64,000 nt of DNA from an uncultured SAR86 cluster bacterium (GTDB lineage Bacteria; Pseudomonadota; Gammaproteobacteria; Magnimaribacterales; D2472): contig CABXFU010000002.1 of the NCBI GenBank assembly GCA_902511575.1, positions 89,444 to 153,443 of the forward strand, in the 5' to 3' direction. This document shows, in pieces, positions 9,644-18,660 of this stretch. The position numbers and the translations under genes are program-made. Within the stretch, counting starts at the first letter, position 1; the number at the start of each line of letters is the position of its first letter. A model generated the notes under the pieces. The model did not search any database. It saw only the letters and a list, made by a program, of their open reading frames with translations, and was not told where the DNA came from.

Positions 9644-10528
9644 TTATACATCAAATAATTTTACTAAGCTTGATGTATCTAAATTTCCCGAATTAGTGCT
9701 TGAAAGTAATTGATATTTCTTCAATACACTTTTAGAAATAGTTAAATTTAACTCATTAGATTTTGATTGCTCAAGTGCTATTTTTAAATCTTTAATCATT
9801 AGATCAACTGCAAACCCAAAATCAAACTGATTATTAACCATAGTATTAAAACGATTGTCCATTTGCCAAGACTGAGCGGCACCGTTAGATATAGCGGAAA
9901 ATACTTTAGTCATATTTAAATTAGAAGTTTTTCCTAAAGCAATTGCTTCAGATAATCCCTGAATCAGTCCAGCAATACATATTTGATTAACCATTTTTGT
10001 TAATTGACCATGACCATTTGGTCCTATTTTTACAATAGTCTTAGAATAAGGATCTATTAATTTCTTGACGATTGATAGTTTCTTATCAGGACCTCCAATC
10101 ATCACAGAAAGAGATCCTTTAATGGCCCCTGCTTCTCCGCCACTTACTGGGGAATCAAAAAAAGAAATTTTCCTTTTAACAATTTCGTTGTTTGAAGTAA
10201 TTAAATTCACAAGCTCAAGTGAAGTTGTCGAATGATCAATTATGAATGAATTATTTTTAAGGCATTTAAATAACTTATTTTTAATTAATAGATCGATAAT
10301 TGAAGCATCGTCTTTGAGACACAATATTAGGCCATCGAATTTAAATCTTGGAAGTTTATTGAAATCAAACTTATGACCTTTATATTTATTTAACCACTTA
10401 TCAACAACTTGAGTTGTTCTATTAAAGATAAAAAGATCACAATTATTCTGTTTTGAAAGATGGCCCGCCATGGGATAACCCATAGTTCCAAGACCAATAA
10501 ATAAGTATTTTTTTTTAGATTTTGGCAA
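9644..10528 (-). CDS. NAD(P)-dependent 3-hydroxyisobutyrate/6-phosphogluconate dehydrogenase-like oxidoreductase
   Basis: 294 aa. Rossmann motif FIGLGTMGYPMAGHL, plus DSPVSGGEAGA and KDLKIA motifs of the HIBADH family. Confidence 0.8.
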   Translation of the reverse strand: MPKSKKKYLFIGLGTMGYPMAGHLSKQNNCDLFIFNRTTQVVDKWLNKYKGHKFDFNKLPRFKFDGLILCLKDDASIIDLLIKNKLFKCLKNNSFIIDHSTTSLELVNLITSNNEIVKRKISFFDSPVSGGEAGAIKGSLSVMIGGPDKKLSIVKKLIDPYSKTIVKIGPNGHGQLTKMVNQICIAGLIQGLSEAIALGKTSNLNMTKVFSAISNGAAQSWQMDNRFNTMVNNQFDFGFAVDLMIKDLKIALEQSKSNELNLTISKSVLKKYQLLSSTNSGNLDTSSLVKLFDV

Positions 10529-10991
10529 GTTGAGATTCAGCAGATGAAACGTCCATGGCTCCTGGATCCTCTATATCAATTGATTGAATTATTCCATTAT
10601 CTACTATCATCGCAAATCTTTTGCATCGATTGCCAAGTCCAAAAGCAGAACCATCCATTGTTAAGCCTAGCTCACTAGTTAAATCACAATTTCCATCTGC
10701 CACCATATCAATTCCATCTGCATTAGATGCTTCTGACCAAGATTTCATTACGAAGGGGTCATTTACTGATATAAAGGTAACGCTATAACCCTTATCTATA
10801 AATTTTTGTAAGTTCTCTGTGTAACCTGGTAAATGTGATAGATGACATGTTGGTGTAAAAGCACCAGGAACTCCTACCAGTATAATTTTTTTTTCTGAGA
10901 AGTAGTCTGCTGAATTTATATTTTGCATCTCTCCATCAATTAAGATTCTCAATTCTTGATTTGGAAAATTATCATTTATTGAAATAGTCAT
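10515..10991 (-). CDS. peroxiredoxin, Prx5-type
   Basis: 158 aa. Peroxidatic Cys motif VPGAFTPTCH. The length and C-terminal region fit Prx5/PrxD. Confidence 0.85.
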   Translation of the reverse strand: MTISINDNFPNQELRILIDGEMQNINSADYFSEKKIILVGVPGAFTPTCHLSHLPGYTENLQKFIDKGYSVTFISVNDPFVMKSWSEASNADGIDMVADGNCDLTSELGLTMDGSAFGLGNRCKRFAMIVDNGIIQSIDIEDPGAMDVSSAESQLAKI

Positions 10992-11059
10992 TTGATCTCC
11001 TTATTTTTAATAATTTTAACCTATTTTAAACAATTTTTTATTTATTACTTTGTATAGTT

Positions 11060-11077
11060 GTTTTAGCATGCTAAAAC
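11060..11077. promoter_or_regulatory. candidate operator: perfect 18-bp palindrome GTTTTAGCATGCTAAAAC upstream of the yerC-like/his operon
   Basis: Read directly; the reverse complement is identical. It sits 15 nt upstream of the ATG at 11093, in the only sizeable intergenic region preceding the his gene run. Confidence 0.45.
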
Positions 11078-11092
11078 ATATAGAATCGCATT

Positions 11093-11350
11093 ATGAAATT
11101 ATCAAGAGTATTAAAAGAGCTAAATTCATCAAAGGATATAGAGAATTTCCTACTGGATTTGTGTACACCATCTGAAATAGAAGCCATGGAAGAGCGCTGG
11201 GAAGTTGCTAAGTTATTGTATGAAGGTAAATCTACATATAGAGATATTGCATCTAAACTTAATACATCTACAGCAACCGTAACACGAGTAGCTAGGTTTC
11301 TATTTAAAGAGACCAACCAAGGCTATATAAAAGTATTAAAAAAAGGTTAG
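11093..11350 (+). CDS. TrpR-related YerC/YecD-family DNA-binding protein (candidate histidine-operon regulator)
   Basis: 85 aa. ...LCTPSEIEAMEERWEVAKLLYEGKSTYRDIASKLNTSTATVTRVARFL closely follows the YerC pattern (RFEVAKML..K.TY.DIS..TGASTATISRV.R.L). It ends 4 nt before hisG. Confidence 0.75.
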   Translation: MKLSRVLKELNSSKDIENFLLDLCTPSEIEAMEERWEVAKLLYEGKSTYRDIASKLNTSTATVTRVARFLFKETNQGYIKVLKKG

Positions 11351-11354
11351 CATT

Positions 11355-12221
11355 ATGCAATCAAAAATAACTATAGCAATCCAAAGGAAAGGCAGGCTCT
11401 ATGAAAATAGTAAAAACCTATTAATCAAATCTGGTATTAATTTTTCAGCAAATGGAGAGCGTCTTTTGGCCAGATCTTCAAATATGGATATAGATATATT
11501 ACTAGTTAGAGATGATGATATTCCCTCTCTTGTGTCTAAAGGCGTGGCTGACCTTGGAATTGTTGGTGAAAATGTCTTAGCTGAACAAGCAGCTACAAAT
11601 AATAATATTACTGCTAAACCATTATTAAAATTAGGATTTTCTAAATGCAAACTAGCATTTGCAAAACCATTAAATTCGAAGTTAAGGTCTCTTAAAAATA
11701 AAAAGATAGCCACCTCTTATCCTGCGCTAGTTAAAAAATATCTGAAAAAGAATTCAATAACTGCTGAGGTTATTAAGATTAATGGCTCTGTGGAGCTAAC
11801 TCCTTATATTGGTATCGCGGATTGTATATGCGATCTAGTCTCATCAGGTGCTACCCTTGAAGCTAATAACTTGGTTGAATTTAATTCACTTATGGACTCT
11901 GAAGCAGTCTTAATTTCTCCAGTGACGTTAAATAAAATTAGACAAAATAATATTGTTAGCTTAATAAAACGATTTGAGGGCGTTATTAATGCTGCTGAAA
12001 GTAAATATGTTATGTTAAATGCCCACAGCCATTCAACTGAAATGATATGTAAATTACTTCCTGGAGCAGATTCTCCAACAATCATTCCATTGCAAAAAGA
12101 TAATAAAGTAGCAATACATGCATTATGCAAAGAACCTGTGTTTTGGGAAACAATGGAAAAGCTTAAATCTAATGGAGCATCTTCAATTTTAGTTCTGCCT
12201 GTTGAGAAAATATTAAATTAA
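11355..12221 (+). CDS. hisG: ATP phosphoribosyltransferase, long form
   Basis: 288 aa. N-terminal ITIAIQRKGRL, motifs DLGIVGENVL and DLVSSGATLEAN, and a C-terminal regulatory domain is present. Confidence 0.9.
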   Translation: MQSKITIAIQRKGRLYENSKNLLIKSGINFSANGERLLARSSNMDIDILLVRDDDIPSLVSKGVADLGIVGENVLAEQAATNNNITAKPLLKLGFSKCKLAFAKPLNSKLRSLKNKKIATSYPALVKKYLKKNSITAEVIKINGSVELTPYIGIADCICDLVSSGATLEANNLVEFNSLMDSEAVLISPVTLNKIRQNNIVSLIKRFEGVINAAESKYVMLNAHSHSTEMICKLLPGADSPTIIPLQKDNKVAIHALCKEPVFWETMEKLKSNGASSILVLPVEKILN

Positions 12222-14093
12222 ATGAAAATTATTAATCGCTCAGCTTCAACGAAGATAATTCAATGGTCTGCAAAAAACTCTTCAAATGATAATATTTCCG
12301 AGACAGTCCTTAGGATTAAAAATCTTGTTTTAAGTCAAGGTACATCTGCTTTTGATCAAATTAACAAAGAGTTAAATACTAAATCACCAAAATCTTTTAA
12401 AGTTAAGGGATCGGAAATATCAAAATCTGATCTATTAGTTTCTGATAAGTTAAAACAATCGATTCTTCAATCAGCAGCTAACATAAAAACTATTTGTGAA
12501 AATGATAAAAAAGGATTTATAGGGAATCCTGTAGAAACAACAAAAGGCATCAAAGTCTGGAAAGAATTCAGACCCATTGATTCAGTTGGTATCTATGTAC
12601 CAGGAGGTAGCGCTCCATTAATCTCATCGTTATTAATGCAAGTAATACCAGCTACAGTAGCTGGATGTAAAAATATTATTATTTGCACTCCTCCCAATAA
12701 AAATGGTTTGGTAGCACCTGAAATATTATGGATAGCAAAAATCTATGGCATAAAAAAAATATATAAAGTTGGAGGCGCTCAAGCAATTTTTGGCATGGCA
12801 TATGGAACTACAATTATCCCAAAAGTGAATAAAATATTTGGGCCAGGCAATGCATATGTTAATGAGGCAAAAAAACTCTCCTCTAACGATGTTGCGATAG
12901 ATCTTCCAGCGGGACCAAGTGAAGTAATGATAGTCACTAATGATCTTGAAAAAATTTCTATTGCAGCTGCTGATGCTTTATCTCAATTAGAACATGATCC
13001 AAATTCAAGAGCCTTCATAATTTCAAACAATCATGCTCTGTTAAAAAAGGTCAAAGCTGAGATTTTAAAACAAATGAGTACCTTAGCTAGGCAAAATGTC
13101 CTCACCCAAAGTATAAAAAATGTATTACTAATTAAGTCTAAATCTTTCAAAGATTCTATATGCTTAATCAATGAATGTGCTCCAGAGCACCTTATTTTAC
13201 TAGATGAAGATTATTCAAAATACCTAGTAGATATTAATAATGCAGGATCAATTTTTTGTGGGGCGTTAAGCCCAGAATCATTTGGTGACTATTCATCTGG
13301 TTCAAATCATGTATTACCAACTAATGGTCAAGCAAAAGTACACTCAGGTCTTAGTGTTAGTGATTTCGGGAAATATATAAGTGTTCAAACGGCATCTGCA
13401 GAAGGCTTCAACAATCTAAAGGATACCGTGCTAGAGATGGCTCAAGCAGAGACTTTGGATGCACATCAGCAATCGGTAAAAATACGAGAAGATATAGCAT
13501 TAAAAAAATCAGTATCTAGAAGCTATAGTGAAATCAGAAAAACAAATGAGACTAATATATTCATTAACTTAAATCTTGATGGCACAGGTAATTATAATAT
13601 TCAAACTGGTTTAAATTATTTAGACCATCTTTTAGAGCAATTTTCAAAACATGGCTCCATAGATTTAAATTTAACTTGTTTGGGTGATTTAGAGATAGAT
13701 GAGCATCATACTATTGAGGATATTGCGATTGCCTTAGGAGCAGCAATAAACAATGCTCTTGGAAGCAGAGTTGGCATAGCTCGATATGCATCAAGTGAAA
13801 TCCTGGTTATGGATGAGGTTAAGAGTATTGTGAGCATAGATTTAAGCTCTAGACGATATCTCAATTTTAAGTGTTCAAAGTTACGAGATTATGTTGGCGA
13901 CTTCCCAACAGAAATGTTTGAGCATTTTTTTATATCTTTAATTAATTCCATTGCAATGACATGTCATATCGATACAACTGGTAAAAATTCACATCATTTG
14001 CTTGAAGCTACATTCAAAACCTTTGCACGATGTTTGAAGTCAGCTGTGGTGATTGAATCATCGACATCGTCATCCACAAAAGGGATTTTATGA
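12222..14093 (+). CDS. hisD: fusion protein: histidinol dehydrogenase (N-terminal) + imidazoleglycerol-phosphate dehydratase (C-terminal)
   Basis: 623 aa. HisD motifs: GIYVPGGSAPLISSLLM, QLEHDPNS, APEHLIL, GDYSSGSNHVLPT. From about residue 434 (nt about 13521) IGPD motifs appear: IRKTNETNIFINLNLDG, LDHLLEQFSKHG, GDLEIDEHHTIEDIAIALG, GKNSHHLLEATFKTFARCL, STKGIL. The reading frame is continuous. Confidence 0.9.
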   Translation: MKIINRSASTKIIQWSAKNSSNDNISETVLRIKNLVLSQGTSAFDQINKELNTKSPKSFKVKGSEISKSDLLVSDKLKQSILQSAANIKTICENDKKGFIGNPVETTKGIKVWKEFRPIDSVGIYVPGGSAPLISSLLMQVIPATVAGCKNIIICTPPNKNGLVAPEILWIAKIYGIKKIYKVGGAQAIFGMAYGTTIIPKVNKIFGPGNAYVNEAKKLSSNDVAIDLPAGPSEVMIVTNDLEKISIAAADALSQLEHDPNSRAFIISNNHALLKKVKAEILKQMSTLARQNVLTQSIKNVLLIKSKSFKDSICLINECAPEHLILLDEDYSKYLVDINNAGSIFCGALSPESFGDYSSGSNHVLPTNGQAKVHSGLSVSDFGKYISVQTASAEGFNNLKDTVLEMAQAETLDAHQQSVKIREDIALKKSVSRSYSEIRKTNETNIFINLNLDGTGNYNIQTGLNYLDHLLEQFSKHGSIDLNLTCLGDLEIDEHHTIEDIAIALGAAINNALGSRVGIARYASSEILVMDEVKSIVSIDLSSRRYLNFKCSKLRDYVGDFPTEMFEHFFISLINSIAMTCHIDTTGKNSHHLLEATFKTFARCLKSAVVIESSTSSSTKGIL

Positions 14094-14689
14094 CAGTAGC
14101 AATTATTGATTGTGGAGGCGCAAACCTTCGCTCAGTTCAAAGAGCCGTTGAGCTTCGCAACATGAAAACCATCATTACAAATGATAGAAATGTAGTATCT
14201 AATGCCTCGTTTGTTATTTTGCCTGGCGTTGGATCAGCTAACAGTGTTATGAACAATCTTATAACCAACAACCTAGTCCCAACTATCAAAAATTTAACTC
14301 AGCCCGTCCTAGGGATTTGCATTGGTATGCATGTGCTCTTTGATCATTCTGAGGAACATGACACAGAGTGCATGGGAATTATTGCGGGAAATATTAAGAA
14401 ATTTAAAGCTGATATTAATACCAAGGTTCCACAGATGGGATGGAATAAAGTGACCTTTATAAATAGTTGTGAAGATAAGCTTAATGATCACTACTATTTT
14501 GCTAATAGTTATTACTCTCCAATTTATGATCACACGTTAGCTGCCGCAGATTACAACCTGCCCTATTCGGCAGCTGTTCAAACAAACAATTATTATGGAT
14601 GCCAATTTCATCCAGAAAAATCATCACAAGCAGGTCAAAGATTTCTAGATTATTTTTTTAATTCCAATGAAGATATTACCCGCTATTGA
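14090..14689 (+). CDS. hisH: imidazole glycerol phosphate synthase, glutaminase subunit
   Basis: 199 aa. VAIIDCGGANLRSV, catalytic GICIGMH, and QFHPEKS. There is a 4-bp ATGA overlap with the preceding gene. Confidence 0.9.
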   Translation: MTVAIIDCGGANLRSVQRAVELRNMKTIITNDRNVVSNASFVILPGVGSANSVMNNLITNNLVPTIKNLTQPVLGICIGMHVLFDHSEEHDTECMGIIAGNIKKFKADINTKVPQMGWNKVTFINSCEDKLNDHYYFANSYYSPIYDHTLAAADYNLPYSAAVQTNNYYGCQFHPEKSSQAGQRFLDYFFNSNEDITRY

Positions 14690-15386
14690 TATACAAAACG
14701 GTCGCTGTGTTCGATTACTAAAAGGAGATTTCAAAGAAGTCACCGAATATAGTTGTGATCCTTTAGCTCAAGCAAAGATTTTTAAGTCTAATCACCTGAA
14801 TTATCTGCATATAGTTGATTTGGATGGTGCTGAAAGTGGAAACCAAATGAACAAAGGTGTAATCACTAAAATTCTTGAAATTCCAGATATATCTATTCAG
14901 GTTGGTGGAGGGATTAGAACAATTCAACAGGTTGAAAATATGCTAGAAATGGGCGTGTCTAGAATTATATTAGGCACAGCTTTATTCCAAAAAAATTTTA
15001 TCCAAGACCTTATGAATCATTTTGATTCAAGTCAGATAGTGTTAGCGTTAGATTTTAAAAAAATTAATAACGCCCCCACTATCTATACTCACGGTTGGCA
15101 AGATAATAGTGAAATTCCGTTATACCAATTCATATCTGATCAGCCATTTTATTCTAATATCCTTGCCACTGATATATCGCTAGATGGCGCGATGGAAGGA
15201 CCCAGTTTCAGTGTTTACAAAGACCTCTTAAATTTATTCCCATCAATAAATCTTATTGCATCAGGGGGCATTAGGTCTCTTGACGATTTAAATAACTTAA
15301 AATCAATGAATATCAAGGAAGCAATTATCGGTAAAGCTATTTACGAAAAAAATATCTCACTAAGGGATCTAGATAATGATTACTAA
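14667..15386 (+). CDS. hisA: ProFAR isomerase
   Basis: 239 aa. ILPAIDIQNGRCVRL, LHIVDLDGA, VQVGGGIR, ASGGIRSLDDL. Confidence 0.9.
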   Translation: MKILPAIDIQNGRCVRLLKGDFKEVTEYSCDPLAQAKIFKSNHLNYLHIVDLDGAESGNQMNKGVITKILEIPDISIQVGGGIRTIQQVENMLEMGVSRIILGTALFQKNFIQDLMNHFDSSQIVLALDFKKINNAPTIYTHGWQDNSEIPLYQFISDQPFYSNILATDISLDGAMEGPSFSVYKDLLNLFPSINLIASGGIRSLDDLNNLKSMNIKEAIIGKAIYEKNISLRDLDNDY

Positions 15387-16143
15387 AAGAATCATTCCAT
15401 GTTTGGATGTTAAAGAGGATAAAGTTGTAAAAGGCGTTAAATTTAAAAATCATAAAATTGTTGGTTCAATTTTAGACTTAGCAGAGAAGTATTCTGATGA
15501 TGGCGCTGATGAGTTAGTATTTTATGATATTTCAGCTAGTACTAAGGGAGCTATTGTTAATAGAGATTGGGTATCAAGAATTGCTGAAGTTATTAATATA
15601 CCTTTTTGTGTTGCTGGAGGGATTAAGACTCTAGATGATGCTAGGGAAATATTAAACCTTGGGGCTGATAAAATTTCAATTAATACCCCCGCTCTAGATA
15701 ATCCAAAATTAATAAAACAATTAAGCAATGAATTTGGCTCACAGTGCGTAGTAATAGGCATGGATGTCAAAATTATTGATAATAAAGCATACCTTTTTGC
15801 AAAAACTGGTAGTGAGAAGACTGCTTATTCAACAGATATATTAGCAACCGATTGGATAGTTAAAGTACAAGAACTTGGTGCTGGAGAGGTTGTAGTAAAT
15901 GCAATGGGCCAAGATGGTGTTAAAAATGGCTATGACATTGAGTTATTACAATCACTTGAAAGCAAATGCTCAATACCAATGATTGCTTCTGGTGGAGCTG
16001 GTGGGCCAGATGATTTCATTAATGTTTTTAATCAAACAGATGTAGACGGGGCTCTTGCTGCAAGCATATTTCATAGAAATGAATTTTCTGTAGGGCAAAT
16101 CAAAGAAGCGCTAAAAGCTAATAAAATAAATGTAAGGATATGA
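15376..16143 (+). CDS. hisF: imidazole glycerol phosphate synthase, cyclase subunit
   Basis: 255 aa. RIIPCLDVK, ADELVFYDISAS, CVAGGI, ADKISINT, IASGGAG. Confidence 0.95.
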   Translation: MITKRIIPCLDVKEDKVVKGVKFKNHKIVGSILDLAEKYSDDGADELVFYDISASTKGAIVNRDWVSRIAEVINIPFCVAGGIKTLDDAREILNLGADKISINTPALDNPKLIKQLSNEFGSQCVVIGMDVKIIDNKAYLFAKTGSEKTAYSTDILATDWIVKVQELGAGEVVVNAMGQDGVKNGYDIELLQSLESKCSIPMIASGGAGGPDDFINVFNQTDVDGALAASIFHRNEFSVGQIKEALKANKINVRI

Positions 16144-16736
16144 AAATGATAAATCTAGACTGGGATAAAGTTAATGGATTGATACCTGCTATTGTTCAAG
16201 ATCATGAAACATTAGAAATATTGATGTTGGGATATATGAACAAAGAAGCATTAAAGCTATCTCAATCATCAGGCTTTGCAACATTTTATAGCAGAACAAG
16301 GCAAAAATTATGGACTAAAGGCGAAACATCTGGGAATAAATTAACCATTAAAAATATTCTTCATGATTGCGATAAGGATACGTTATTAGTCCTAGCTAAA
16401 AATAATGGTCCAACCTGTCATTTGAATAATAATTCTTGTTTTATTGGCGCGCCCTCCTCATCAATCATCATTGATGAATTAGAGCAAACAATAGATGCTA
16501 GATTCAAAGAGGCGAGTATTTCTTCTTATACATACCAACTTTATAAAGAGGGAATAAAAGAAATTGCTAAAAAAATAACTGAAGAAGCTGGGGAGGTTTC
16601 AATTTCAGCTGTCACAAATGATGGAAGAGTTATTAGCGAATCAGCTGACTTAATGTATCACCTCTTAGTAATGCTGCGAAAACTAAATCTTAATTACTCT
16701 GATGTGCTGGAAGAATTAAAAAATAGATCTAGATAG
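16140..16736 (+). CDS. hisI: bifunctional phosphoribosyl-AMP cyclohydrolase / phosphoribosyl-ATP pyrophosphatase
   Basis: 198 aa. The HisI part has GLIPAIVQD, FYSRTRQKLWTKGETSGN and DCDKDTLL. The HisE part has LEQTI..R, KKITEEAGEV and DLMYHLLVML. Confidence 0.9.
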   Translation: MKMINLDWDKVNGLIPAIVQDHETLEILMLGYMNKEALKLSQSSGFATFYSRTRQKLWTKGETSGNKLTIKNILHDCDKDTLLVLAKNNGPTCHLNNNSCFIGAPSSSIIIDELEQTIDARFKEASISSYTYQLYKEGIKEIAKKITEEAGEVSISAVTNDGRVISESADLMYHLLVMLRKLNLNYSDVLEELKNRSR

Positions 16737-16737
16737 G

Positions 16738-18402
16738 TTACTTCTCAACAACATAACTAGTTACTTGCTCTTTCATCTCTTTTCGAAGAATAAACAAAGC
16801 AAATAAATTTGGTATCGTTACAAGTGCTACCACCACATAAGCAATATTCCATACGACCGTTGTATCAATAACAGCTGCTGCAATAAAGCAGATAACATAA
16901 ATCATTCGATACCAAGGAACTGCATTTTCTCCAAATATATAAGCCGTAGATCTATCTCCATAATAAGACCAGGCTATTGCAGTAGAAAAAGCAAATAACA
17001 GTAACCCAATTGCAACAATGTATTCGCCATATTTACCAAGCACACCAGAACCAAAGGCTTTTGATGTAAGTTCAGCAGAATGAATTAAGGATTTTCCTTT
17101 TACAGTTACAGATGAATCTGTTATTTCTCCGTTGACTACTTCTAGAGGTCCATCAAAAGAGCTTCCATTTTTATAAAAAGTAACATCCTCTGCAATAGAA
17201 TTATTATGAAAAATTGTTACATCACCTTGTAGAATCTCTCCATTTGCAATAGGTAAATTTCCAGAGAAGTTTTTTACTGCTGTTGTATTATTTGTAAATT
17301 TTCTAGCATCAAGAATATATTTACCAAGTTCCTCTACATCATTTGAATTGGATTCAGAGTATTCACCAGCAAAAATAGCCATCGATGATCTCTCAAAAGT
17401 ATTTTCATATTTTTGAATCCAAGCACCACTAGATAAAATTACAAGAGCTGTAACACTACATACAACAATTGTATCTATAAATGGTTCTAGGATTGACACC
17501 ATACCCTGTTCAACTGAGTGCTCAGTTTTGGCAGACGCATGGGCTATTGGTGAAGATCCCTGCCCAGCTTCGTTAGAGTATAAGCCTCTTGCAACACCTA
17601 GCTTTAAACTCATTGCAAAACTAGCTCCTAAAAAACCACCAGCAGCAGCCGATCCTGAAAAGACCTGTGAAAAGATTGAATGAAAAGAAGGAATTATATT
17701 TTGATAATTTTCTAAGACAACAACTAAGGCCCCACCAAAATAGATAACAGCCATAAATGGAACTAATTTGCTGGCAATTTTAGCAATCCTTTTGATGCCA
17801 CCCGATATTATGAGCCACAACATAGTTCCCAATATTAGACCAGTAGCTAGTTTGGGTATGCTGAAAGTCGAATCAAGGACACTAGCAATATTATTTATTT
17901 GAGGCATGTTGCCTGAGCCAATAGCGCATATCATCATTAAGGCAGCAAAGAGAACTCCTGCCCACCTCTTATTAAAACTCTTTTCAATGTAATACATGGG
18001 ACCACCAGAAATGGACCCATCAGATAAAGTTGTTCTATATTTATGAGCCATGGTTACTTCAACAAATTTAGTGGTCATTCCAAAAATTGCAGTTATCCAC
18101 ATCCAAAAAATTGCTGCGGGTCCACCAATCCAAATAGCTAAAGCAACACCTCCAATATTACCTGTTCCAACAGCGCCTGACATTGCTGTAGTAAGGGCTT
18201 CAAAGGGAGTGGTCTCTCCTTTGGCATCATCTTTTGCATATTTACCAGTAACAATTCTCCAACCATGACTAAAAAATTTAAATTGAGGAAAGCCTAAATA
18301 AGCAGTAAAAAATATACCTGTGCCAATTAAAAATGCAGGAAACCACCATGAACCACTGAGATATCCATCTAAAAGTAATAAAAAATCGTTAAAGGCAACC
18401 AT
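16738..18402 (-). CDS. alanine/glycine:cation symporter (AGCS) family transporter with an inserted soluble segment
   Basis: 554 aa. AGCS signatures: FEALTTAMSGAVGTGNIGGVA, ARGLYSNEAGQGSSPIAHA. A hydrophilic insert of about 110 aa lies between TM helices (about nt 17045-17425). Confidence 0.85.
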   Translation of the reverse strand: MVAFNDFLLLLDGYLSGSWWFPAFLIGTGIFFTAYLGFPQFKFFSHGWRIVTGKYAKDDAKGETTPFEALTTAMSGAVGTGNIGGVALAIWIGGPAAIFWMWITAIFGMTTKFVEVTMAHKYRTTLSDGSISGGPMYYIEKSFNKRWAGVLFAALMMICAIGSGNMPQINNIASVLDSTFSIPKLATGLILGTMLWLIISGGIKRIAKIASKLVPFMAVIYFGGALVVVLENYQNIIPSFHSIFSQVFSGSAAAGGFLGASFAMSLKLGVARGLYSNEAGQGSSPIAHASAKTEHSVEQGMVSILEPFIDTIVVCSVTALVILSSGAWIQKYENTFERSSMAIFAGEYSESNSNDVEELGKYILDARKFTNNTTAVKNFSGNLPIANGEILQGDVTIFHNNSIAEDVTFYKNGSSFDGPLEVVNGEITDSSVTVKGKSLIHSAELTSKAFGSGVLGKYGEYIVAIGLLLFAFSTAIAWSYYGDRSTAYIFGENAVPWYRMIYVICFIAAAVIDTTVVWNIAYVVVALVTIPNLFALFILRKEMKEQVTSYVVEK

Positions 18403-18411
18403 AATAAACCC

Positions 18412-18645
18412 CTATTTTTCAACCCATTCCATTAAGTCTGTGTATCCACCAATTAATTCATCATCGACAAATATTTGAGGCATAGTTCTGGCGTTGGGAT
18501 TTCTACTCATCAAAGCTTCAAAAACCTCAGAAATCTCAACATTATGCTCAACGTAACTAATGTTATTTTGTGTAAAGTAATGCTTAGCCTTATCACAAAA
18601 GACACAATTTGATTTAGAATATATTTCTACATTTTTTAACATCAT
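18412..18645 (-). CDS. glutaredoxin-like protein
   Basis: 77 aa. VEIYSKSNCVFCDKAK (a CxxC variant, CVFC), TMPQIFVDDELIGGYTDL. Confidence 0.75.
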   Translation of the reverse strand: MMLKNVEIYSKSNCVFCDKAKHYFTQNNISYVEHNVEISEVFEALMSRNPNARTMPQIFVDDELIGGYTDLMEWVEK

Positions 18646-18660
18646 AGGATTATAAGCTAA

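Noticed and set aside
10992-11092. A search for a histidine leader peptide or attenuator upstream of the his genes.
   Set aside because: I could see no small ORF with consecutive His codons and no terminator/antiterminator pair. The region is instead dominated by the 18-bp palindrome reported as a finding.
11071-12130. Antisense ORFs 11071..11316, 11399..11713 and 11804..12130, opposite the yerC-like gene and hisG.
   Set aside because: The sense-strand genes have unambiguous conserved motifs, and the antisense products have no recognisable features. There is no evidence for overlapping coding.
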